From Balanoglossus misakiensis (Eukaryota; Animalia; Hemichordata), in the NCBI GenBank assembly GCA_040954595.2, contig JBECUI020000046.1, positions 1 to 64,000 on the forward strand: DNA of 64,000 bases, read 5' to 3'. The position numbers and the translations under genes were made by a program. Below are positions 1-10,000 of this stretch, piece after piece. The notes under the pieces are model-generated. The model saw only the letters and a list, made by a program, of their open reading frames with translations, did no database searches and was not told the DNA's origin. Position 1 is the stretch's first letter, and each line of letters starts with the position of its first letter.

Positions 1-3000
1 AGCACCGAGCGTGATACGCGGAGAAACGCTGAACCTTACCGCAACCGTAGATGCCGAGAATGTATCCGAGACACTTCTATGGACAAGTGCACAGGAGGGG
101 ATCGCTACAGTTGATAGCACAAGCGGTGTGGTAACCGGACAGAATGCAGGAACAACGACCATCCGTGCAGCGGCAACAGTCGATAGCACCATCTATGATG
201 AGCTAAGGGTGGTGGTACAGCTTCCGAGTTTGAGTGGAAGTTTGAGTTATGATACGATCGTGAATGCAATCTACGGCGAGCAGGCGAGTTATGCAGCACA
301 ATTCTCTGATACGAACATTAATCCGGCAGATTTGGACTATGAGATACAGGTAATTAAAGACGGAGCACTGATTACTGACGGAATCATCATTGCTGGGGAC
401 GGCAGTATCAGTGTTGGCAGCACTGTCGATGTAGGACAGTATACGGTAACGGTGAGTGCAGGATCGCTTGCGAACTATGCAAATAGTCTCAGTAGCGGGG
501 CTTTCACTCTTGTTGTTTTGCAGAAAGACATAGCAGGGTATAGCTTAAGTTATTCGATACCGACAACCGATTTTGCAGGTGGAGTGTATCAAACAACAAC
601 GGATATCCCAAGCGATGCAGGGGTAGAATACAGCATGAGTAGCCAGTCGGGAGATTTGAGCGGGATAATTAGCATTGAAGCGACAAATGGGGAGATTCGG
701 GTATCGGCAACAGCAGCATCTGATATATACGGTCTTTTGGTAACAGCAACGGCAACCGGTGCAAACTACAGCGGGAGCATCTCGATAACAGTGAGTATAG
801 CCATTGTCGACCGAGCCCTTACAGCCCAGATAAGCTACGAGAGTGGAGCTGCGGTGTATCGGACAGGGAAGAGCTATGGAATAACAGTCGTAAGCGGATT
901 ACCGACAGGGCTAAGTAGAAGCGATCTTAGATACAGTGGTGGCGACGGATCTGGAATTACAGTGGACAGTGATGGAACAATAGAGATTGCAGCAAGTGTA
1001 ATCCCCGGAACCTACACGGTACGAGTAGTTGTCTCAGCAGATGGCTATGCAGCGCTTGATATTGACATTATCAGGACGGTAAGCCCTGCGGTATTAGCAG
1101 ATTACTATACGCCTGCCTATGATATTGTAGCAGTTGCTCCCAATGAACAGAAAACATTTTCGGTGGTGGGCACCTTGCAGAATGTAACCTTGTTGTACAG
1201 TCTTAGCGCAAGCGAACAGATAGTCATAGATGCAATGAATGCCGGGGATATTGTCATTGAGCAAGCAACGGGAGCCATTAGCATACAAAACCTTGCAGTT
1301 GGCACCTATAGAGGCACGGTAACGGCAACAGCAACAGGAGGATACTATCTTGGCAGTAGTAGTGTGGAGGTAGCTATTCTTGTAGAATCAACTCTTCCTC
1401 CACTTCCTGCAGGTGCAACAATGCTAGCTTTTTTCTCGCAAGTGTCAGCACCATATGGAGATGCGGTTACTTTTGGGGGTCATATAATAGACATGCCTGC
1501 TGAACTTACTAATGATTATACGTATTCAATCGGTGATGTCAAAAAGGATGGGCAGAGCATTGCTAATCCGGGATTTGAAGCGCGTTCAAGCGCGTGGATC
1601 CCTCCCCTCGCTGTACGGTGGTGGGCGACCAGTACTGAAGTTATACCCCTCGGAAACTATGAGCTTACAGTTATTGCAAGGCAGGAAGGATATGTAGGGC
1701 AGTTATCTGCTAATGTGCAGGTAACAATAGAACCAGCAGTTCTAAGCGGGAGTTTTGACTATGGGGTAGTGGATATTATACCCTTTGGAACAGGTAAGAC
1801 TGTTCCGATACAGAATAATAACCTTCCAGCAGAGGTGAGTTATAGTCTCACATCGGTCGATCCGCAGACATCCGGCATTACAGTCGATGCAAATAGCGGG
1901 AGCATAACAATGGTCGATACCGTACCGGCAAATACCTATACCCTAACGGTTACTGTGACATCATCAGTAACAGGGTATACGGGAAGCATAGAGAGTATTG
2001 TTTCTATTGTTGTTTTAGCAGATAGCCGTATTATTCTAAGCTATAAACCGGAAATGGGTGCAATGGCACAGGAGTATTTCAGCATTGGAGACTTTGATAA
2101 TGCCTTTCTCTGGATTATTGAGGGGGTAGCCGATGCATCCGGGATAACGGCAGACGTACGTGTACTCAATGCGGCGAATAATTCCGAAGTGCATAACAAA
2201 GTGGCAGATATAACTGCCGGAACAGACGAAAACGGTGGTTCTATTGTCGGCATTGGCTTGGACTTGCAGTATAGCGACTGGGCAGGCATTCCGGAGGTTG
2301 TAAGAATGGAGATAACTGTAACCGACAGTAGCGGAACAGCAGGCCCGGCATTTATGGACAAGCAGAAGAGTAGCAGTGGCGATCTCTACAGTTGGCGAGA
2401 CTTGCAGGCGATGCGGTATAATTTGAGGGAGAGCTATCGGCTCCGTTCTGATATTCAATTTCCACCACCAGGGAGCTATTCATTTCCGATTTCCGGATTT
2501 GTGCCGGTTGGTACCAGCAGTTCAAGCTTTCGGGGCAGCCTAAGTGGTCTTGCTGATGATGGGACACGTTATGCTATCAGTGATTTCTATATTAATAACA
2601 CCAGTTTGGACAGAGCAGGTATTTTTGGCATCAGTTCTGGGACTGTTACTGATCTGATATGTATCGATCCCTATGTCAATGCGCATACCAAGGTTGGGGT
2701 TGTTGCCGGTGTACTTGGCTGGGTGACGCAACCGAGAATATCTCTGCGAAATATAAGTGTACGAATAGAAGATCGAACAGGAGAACATGTTCGTAGTAAC
2801 GTATCCTCGGGCTACAGTCATGTAGGAGGAATTGTTGGTAGTATTGGTGATGGTAATCAGTTGTTCGGTGTTGATAGTGCAGCAACAGTGAATGGGAACG
2901 AATATGTCGGTGGACTAGTAGGTGAATATGTCGGTGGAATAGATGCTGTGAGTATAACGATTGTTGGATGGACAACAGGAGATGTAACAGGTTATTCATA

Positions 3001-3652
3001 TGTAGGAGGTCTTGTCGGGGGATTTTCCTCAGGTACTAATAGTAGATCAGCCATAACAGGATATGCAACGGGGTCGGTTACTGGTTCATACCAAATCGGT
3101 GGACTGGTGGGTCATAGCAACAGCAATAGCACAGTAACCGGGTATATGACCGGAAGTGTAACTGGTCTACAAGATGTTGGTGGTCTTGTTGGTCGTAATG
3201 AGGGAAATCTAGTCGGCTACAGCACTGCTACAGTCAGTCGAAGTGGCGGAACAAATACTCAGTTCGGTGGGGTTGTGGGGAGATATTTCAGTGGTTCGGT
3301 GAAGGCTCACTTTGATAGAACAGCAGCAGGTACTGAATACGCATCGGGGGCACAACTTAATGCAATAGGAGGTGGACCGGCGCTACCGGATGGCAGTTAT
3401 GTGCATGAGGTTTCGTCTGAGGCAAATATCGTTAGAAGGACTGATACGTACTACGATTCTAGTGGAACGGCGGGAGATACAACAGATGATCAAGTCATCT
3501 TTACCGATTGGTCAATCTATGGTTCTACCGCAGTGCCGGAGGACGCAGCGGTGGGAGACTGGGTCTGGTATGGGTTCGGTAGATTTCCGAGTCTCTGGGA
3601 TACGGATGACAAGCAGTATTTCGGGGAACAGCCGGAGTACAAGGCGCAATAG
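1..3652 (+). CDS. Giant surface protein paralog 1, 5'-partial (Ig-like/cadherin-like repeats, GLUG-type beta-helix-like tip, conserved Trp-rich C-terminus)
   Basis: Frame is open from the window edge; Big_2-like WTS..IATVD..GVVT module; repeated VGGLVG motifs; ends GDWVWYGFGRFPSLWDTDDKQYFGEQPEYKAQ like the other four paralogs. Confidence 0.85.
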   Translation, partial: APSVIRGETLNLTATVDAENVSETLLWTSAQEGIATVDSTSGVVTGQNAGTTTIRAAATVDSTIYDELRVVVQLPSLSGSLSYDTIVNAIYGEQASYAAQFSDTNINPADLDYEIQVIKDGALITDGIIIAGDGSISVGSTVDVGQYTVTVSAGSLANYANSLSSGAFTLVVLQKDIAGYSLSYSIPTTDFAGGVYQTTTDIPSDAGVEYSMSSQSGDLSGIISIEATNGEIRVSATAASDIYGLLVTATATGANYSGSISITVSIAIVDRALTAQISYESGAAVYRTGKSYGITVVSGLPTGLSRSDLRYSGGDGSGITVDSDGTIEIAASVIPGTYTVRVVVSADGYAALDIDIIRTVSPAVLADYYTPAYDIVAVAPNEQKTFSVVGTLQNVTLLYSLSASEQIVIDAMNAGDIVIEQATGAISIQNLAVGTYRGTVTATATGGYYLGSSSVEVAILVESTLPPLPAGATMLAFFSQVSAPYGDAVTFGGHIIDMPAELTNDYTYSIGDVKKDGQSIANPGFEARSSAWIPPLAVRWWATSTEVIPLGNYELTVIARQEGYVGQLSANVQVTIEPAVLSGSFDYGVVDIIPFGTGKTVPIQNNNLPAEVSYSLTSVDPQTSGITVDANSGSITMVDTVPANTYTLTVTVTSSVTGYTGSIESIVSIVVLADSRIILSYKPEMGAMAQEYFSIGDFDNAFLWIIEGVADASGITADVRVLNAANNSEVHNKVADITAGTDENGGSIVGIGLDLQYSDWAGIPEVVRMEITVTDSSGTAGPAFMDKQKSSSGDLYSWRDLQAMRYNLRESYRLRSDIQFPPPGSYSFPISGFVPVGTSSSSFRGSLSGLADDGTRYAISDFYINNTSLDRAGIFGISSGTVTDLICIDPYVNAHTKVGVVAGVLGWVTQPRISLRNISVRIEDRTGEHVRSNVSSGYSHVGGIVGSIGDGNQLFGVDSAATVNGNEYVGGLVGEYVGGIDAVSITIVGWTTGDVTGYSYVGGLVGGFSSGTNSRSAITGYATGSVTGSYQIGGLVGHSNSNSTVTGYMTGSVTGLQDVGGLVGRNEGNLVGYSTATVSRSGGTNTQFGGVVGRYFSGSVKAHFDRTAAGTEYASGAQLNAIGGGPALPDGSYVHEVSSEANIVRRTDTYYDSSGTAGDTTDDQVIFTDWSIYGSTAVPEDAAVGDWVWYGFGRFPSLWDTDDKQYFGEQPEYKAQ

Positions 3653-3662
3653 GTAGTATAGA

Positions 3663-3700
3663 AACAAGTCCTGGCCGGTTATGGCTGGGACTTGTTTTTT
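3663..3700 (+). terminator. Rho-independent terminator
   Basis: aacaagtcc...ggacttgtt inverted repeat followed by a T-run just after the stop codon. Confidence 0.7.
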
Positions 3701-3712
3701 GTATGAGCTCCG

Positions 3713-3784
3713 CCATCCACAACCCCCACCCTTAAGGGGTGGTATTAAGAATTACCACGAAAAGTGTGCGTTTGCTTGAAGTTT
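3713..3784 (+). repeat. Single copy of the dispersed ~75-bp hairpin element
   Basis: ccatccacaacccccacccttaaggggtggtattaagaattaccacgaaaagtgtgcgtttgcttgaagttt matches the 14.1-15.2 kb array core. Confidence 0.9.
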
Positions 3785-3964
3785 CCCCATGCCCTTCATA
3801 AAAAACTCTTTTTTTCTTAAAAAAGTGCAAAAGAATTGAGCACCGTGCAAGATTATTTTACTAAAATTACCCAAAGTGAATCTCCAAAATAAGACATATT
3901 GAGGCAGTTTTTCTCTATAATATTTATTTTGACATCCCAAAAACCTCTTCTATATGAGTTTTTA

Positions 3965-3986
3965 GGGGGGGGGGGGGGGGGGGGGG
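3965..3986 (+). repeat. Poly-G homopolymer (22 G) upstream of a promoter
   Basis: Directly visible; ends about 21 bp upstream of the -35 box. Confidence 0.9.
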
Positions 3987-4007
3987 CTTCGACTTTTACG
4001 ATTTTAC

Positions 4008-4036
4008 TTGACTTTTTTGCTGTTTTTTACTATACT
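4008..4036 (+). promoter_or_regulatory. Sigma70-type promoter for paralog 2
   Basis: TTGACT-17 bp-TATACT; RBS GGAGGT at 4061 before ATG 4071. Confidence 0.7.
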
Positions 4037-4070
4037 ATCTATATACTTTCTTTTACGCTTGGAGGTTGCG

Positions 4071-7000
4071 ATGCGTTCAGTTCTTATTGCAACAACACTT
4101 TTTGTTGTTTTCTTTGCTTTTCTTTTTTCCTGTGGTGGAACTGCCACTTCAGGAAATATTCCAGATCCTGTCAATGCACTTTCTGCACATTTTCGTGCAG
4201 GGGACTCTATTACCGTTTCCTGGCAAGCACCCACTACTGGTGAACATTCTTATTCTGTTATCATCAGGGATCCCAATCAGGACATTATTGCCGAAGTAAC
4301 GGCAACATCTCCTTCTCATACATTTGAAGGATTACTTTTTGCACCAAATACCATCTATACAGTAGAAGTTTCCACTGTTTCGGGTGAGTCTTCTTCTCCG
4401 GTCGTTCAAATCACTCTTCCCGCAACCGGTGATGTTGTTGATGCAGGAAGTACCGCTGACAACATTGCTACTCTACCGGGTAATAACCCTTCTAACGAAA
4501 TTACAGTTACATGGGATGCACCAAACAATCTTGTACAACAGCCAACCGGATATACTATTCATCTGACCCCAGCTGGTGGAGAAACACAAGAAATCCTGAT
4601 TGATGATGCCTCAAAAGTCAGTCATACCATATCAGGATTAGAGCCACAAGTCGAGTATTCTGTTGCCGTAAGTGTACGATACAATAACGGACGATCAACC
4701 ATCATCACTGCACCGGAACGCATTCAAACCTCTGTTGCACCATTGACCATAACAAGAGATGTCTCATCAACTGCAATCAATCTGAGCTGGAACCCGATTG
4801 CTCCTGATTTGACATACAGTGTCTATCTCAGCACCGAAGACCCTTCCGCGGTTGATATCCTGATAGATGATGCGAACAAACAGGAAGCAGCGATATTTGA
4901 CTCGCTACTCAATGAATGGAGTCTATACATCGATGGTCTGACTGCAGCAATGACCTATTATATTACCGTAACCGCAACAGGAGGCGACATTGTTGAAAAC
5001 AGCGGGATTCTCTCAATCGAAACCCAAGCATCAGGAGAGCGTGCTCCTGAGATTGTTTCGTCCATAACAAAGTTGCTCAGTGAAAAAACAAGAGGATCAC
5101 TTGCATTCAGCTGGAAAGACGTGCAAGGAACGGACATAGATGGGAACCATGTGCCAAGTATTTATACCGTACAGTACCGCAAATTCGGTACCACAGAATG
5201 GAAAAACGAGTCTGTTTCCTCGCCGACAAGTGGAAATCCGACAGTTACCCTAACTGAATTGGATGAAGCAGCGGAGTATCTCATACGGATACAAGCAGTA
5301 AACAGTACCAACGATACTTTGATAAGCGGATGGAGCGAGGAAGTAACGCTTGCTGCAAATGGAATCAAACCCTTTGTCATACAAGATGGAGGAGGCAATG
5401 CCATAGAACGACATACCATAACACTGGGAAATCAATACACGCTCATTCTTTCAGCAGGAACATTTGTCAACGTTGAGAATACGGAAGTTCGTTGGGCAAG
5501 TACAGATGAGAGCATTGTAACGGTAACGGATGCAGGAAGGATCCATGCAGTAGGAAGTGGGAATGTCAGTATAAGCGCAACAGCCGGAGCAGATCCAAGC
5601 AACACTGATTCGGTAGTTATTACGGTTCCCCCTGTACAGATTGAGGGCATTGCATCAGCCCGTGCAATTACTCTGAGTTGGCACAGTGTTCCCGGTGTGC
5701 AGTATGAGGTTTACCGAACAAGCACTGCAAGCACGAGCGCAGAATCGGTGGTACAGCAAGCAAATCAAGTATCACTCACCCCGACAAGCAGTGATGGAAC
5801 CGAGACAGTGACAATAGATGGACTCAATCCACAAACCGACTATTATGTTGTCGTAACACTCATTGGTGGAGCAATCAATGAAATGAGTTCACTTCTCACG
5901 ATAACTACGAACAGTGTTCAAGCAACAAATCCCGGAGAAGTCAATGAGATTAAAAAGAATCTGAGTGAGAAAACGATAGGATCACTCACAATTACGTGGA
6001 CACAAGAAGATCGACAAGGAACTAATACTACAGGAAACTTTGTTGCAAGTATCTATGAAGTGGAATACAGAAAAGTGGGAACAATAGACTGGATCAGTGC
6101 CCCCGTCGTACCGGTTGGAGAGGCTCTCAGCAGAACATTCAGTGGACTTGATGAAACAGAGAACTATGAAGTCCGGATACGTGCACTCAATAGCAGTGAT
6201 CAGACATTGGCAGGCGATTGGAGCGTGGCAGGACCCGTTCTTGCAAATGGTATAAAACCCTTTGTCATACAGGATATAGACGGAAATTCGATTACAGAGC
6301 TTGATCTCGGTCTTGGACAGACGACGAGACTCAGCCTTGCAGCAGGAACATTCGTGAATGTGGCAAATACAAGGGTACTCTGGGAGAGTAGTAGTAATAC
6401 GGTCGTAACAATAACGGATACAGGAAGGATAGCAGTAGTCGGAAGTGGAGAAGCAATAATTACTGCAACCGCAGAGGCAGACGACAGCAAGAGCGATACG
6501 GTACGTATTACTGTACCGAAACTCAATGTGCTTTTTACTTCTGCTGCCGGGTCAATTGTTCTCAGTTGGCACAGTATCCCGAGTGTCAGTTATGCAGTCT
6601 ACCGAACAACCACGGTCAGTACGACAGCTGAGGAAGTGATACAGGAAGCCAATCGATTGTCTCTCTCCCCCGTTTCGAGTGAGGGCAAAGAGACGATAAC
6701 CATGGGCGGATTAAGTCCACGTAGCACTTATTATATTGTGGTAACCGTAACCGGAAATAGCATAGATGAAAACAGTGAACTACTCATAGTAAGCACTGCA
6801 GGAGTTGAAGCAACAAACCCCGGAGAAGTCAATGAGATTAGAAAGGATCTGGGTGAAAAAACGATTGGAACACTCAAAATTACCTGGACACAGGAAGATC
6901 GACAAGGGACCGATACTGCAGGAAACTTTGTTGCAAGTAGTTACGAAGTGGAATACAGAAAGGTGGGGGCAATAGACTGGATCAGTGCTGTAGCGATTGA

Positions 7001-10000
7001 AGAGAATCTCAGCAAAACACTCAGTGGACTTGATGGAACAGAGAACTATGAAGTCCGGATACGTGCACTCAATAGCAGTAATCAGACATTGGCAAGCGAG
7101 TGGAGCGTGGCAGGACCATTTCCTGCAAACGGAATCCGTGATCTTGTTATCCATGATGCCAACGGTGCGGTTGCGACATTGACGGTCCCAGTCGGAACCA
7201 GTACACAGCTTCAGATTCCAAGTGATACTTGGGTCAATGTGGAGAATAGGAATGTTCTCTGGACAAGCGGTGATCCGAGCATCATTCGGGTGAGCAATGG
7301 ACTGGTAACAGCCTTATCAGACGGCAGTAGCACTGTGCAAGCAGTAGCTGATGCAGACGATACGAAGAGAGTAGAAATAACAATCGATGTTCCCGGTTTT
7401 GGAACCATTACTCCAAGGGTAACAAGGACAAGTATAGATTTTAACTGGGAGAGCATTACGTCTGTACCACTGACCTACCGTGTCTATCTCTCGACTAGTG
7501 AAACTGATCTTATCAGTGAAGGAAACAAACATACACCGACATTATCAGGAAATACCTGGAGTATACTCATAGGGGGCTTGAATCCGGAGAGCAACTACTT
7601 TGCGATCATTACCGCAACGAGTATTGATATTTCGGTACAAAGCCCCGTATTTCCGATACGCACCGAAGATTCGCAGGCAGAAGCACCACCAAGTGTCGCT
7701 AATGTGGCAAAAGATCTGACAGAACAGGGATTGGGAGCATTAAAGATTACCTGGGATGCGGTTCAGGGGAAGGATATTGATGGAAGTTTGGTTGCAAGCA
7801 AGTACAATATTCAGTATCGTTTGCATGGAACAACCACGTGGACAGAGGTTGATTCGGATACACCGAGCATTACCCTCAGTAGTTTAGCAGGTGCAGAAGA
7901 GTACGATGTACAAATCAGGGCAGTGAACAGTTTGGTTACATATTTGACGAGTAACTGGTCTTCAGTGATAACTCTGAAGGCAAACGGAATCGGGAGCATT
8001 CGGATAAGCAAGGCAGATGGCAGTGAGTTAACCGAAGTGGATAGAACCATATTAATTCCCAATACCCTAGCACTGTCAGCAGATCTGGTAGCAGAAAACA
8101 TTAGTGATCGCGGAGTACAGTGGGGAGTAGAAAACGCAAATCCTACTGTAGCCGGAGAAACGGTTGCTACCATAAGTACTGATGGAGTAGTAACTGCAGT
8201 ATCATCAGGAACAATTGAAGTAACAGTCGTTTCGGTACTTGATACCAGCAAAACAGACAGGATAACTCTGACTGTAGATTCGCAAGCAGAAGCACCACCA
8301 AGTGTCGGTAATGTGGTAAAAGATCTGACAGAACAGGCATTTGGAGCATTAAAGATTACCTGGGATGCGGTTCAGGGGAAGGATGTTGATGGGAGTTTAG
8401 TTGCAAGCAAGTACAATATTCAGTATCGTTTGCATGGAACAAGCACGTGGACAGAGGTTGATTCGGATACACCGAGCATTACCCTCAGTAGTTTAGCAGA
8501 AGCAAAAGAATATGATGTACAAATTAGGGCAGTAAACAGTATTATTCCATCTCTGATGAGTAACTGGTCTGCCGAGGTAACTCTGAAGGCAAACGGGATC
8601 GACAGTATTCGGATAATCAAGGCAGATGGCAGTGAGTTGACCCAAGAGGGTCTATTCACTTCAAATACCCTTGCATTGCTAGCATCATTCGTAGCTGAAA
8701 ATATCAGTGATCACGGAGTACAGTGGGGAGTAGAAAACGAGAATCCTACTGTAGCCGGAGAAACGGTTGCTACCATAGGCACTGATGGGCTAGTAACTAC
8801 GGTGTCACCGGGAACAATTGAAGTAACAGTCGTTTCGGTACTTGATAGCAGCAAAACAGACAGGATAACTCTGACTGTCATTCAGGCACCTACTGCACCC
8901 ACTGCACCACGCATAGGAACTGTAAATTTTGTAGCAGTCGATACGGATGGAACGTACCGACTAACGGTTGATTGGAGCGAACCAACTGATCCGGGCATGC
9001 TTCTTGGTGGAGGACAGGCAACAATAATTGGATATACACTTTCGTGGGGAAGTGGACAGCAAGAGGTGGGAAATGTCTTGTCGTATACCATAACGGGGTT
9101 AGACCTTGATACAATCTATAGCATAACGGTCATTGCCCGAAATGAGGGAGCAGAATCACCTGCATCAGTGGCTGTGCAAACGCAAAGAGTCCTTAATATA
9201 CCGGTAGCTGACCTACCATATTACGATCAACCCATTTCGAAAGTCTACGGTACTGCAAGCACATCCTACAACTTACAAAAAGATGCCTTGGGGGATTACC
9301 AACAAGCCAGCCAATGGAGGTATCAACTTTCCAGTGTTACCCCACAACAATCAGGATTTTCAGTTCAGGATTATGACCGCGACCTATTACATTATAACCA
9401 TGGACTCCTTAGTATAGCTAATACTGTTCCGGTAGGTATCTATCAGATAGAGACGAGAATAACCCGTAACAACTATTGGGGAGAAATAATTGTCAATGCA
9501 GAGGTAAGAATAACAGCAATCCAGCTAAGCAATTACCGCATGGAATACGGACCCCTTGCCGATGCACGAGAGGGCGTTGCGCAATCCTATCATCCGAGTG
9601 TAAATACCATTCCTTCTGCAGCGGCTGCGACGTATAGCATTACTGCCCTTTCAGGTAGTCTTCCCGTTGGTATAAGCATTGATGCAGACGGAACAATACA
9701 GGTAGCGGATTCGCTTTTACCTGCAACATACCCGGTTCGGGTAAGTGCAACGCCGACAACCAGCAATTATGGCGGAACACTTACTACCGACCTTGTTATT
9801 ACTGTTGTGGAAGCAAATGCCATAACCGGCTCCATGAGTTATCCGGTTATTGATCATCCGTATAACGATGCAGATCCAAAAACCTACACGCCAACGGTGG
9901 CAGATCTGCCAAGCGGATTAACAGCCGATCTCTTGAGTTACCGTATTACATCGGTACGCCGAAACGACATTGATATTCCCTCTTATACAGGGATAATAAC

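Noticed and set aside
4008-4070. TTG start at 4008 for paralog 2 and the overlapping ORF 3899-4243 with poly-Gly
   Set aside because: 4008 is the -35 box; RBS and lipobox support ATG 4071; the poly-Gly is just the translated G-tract
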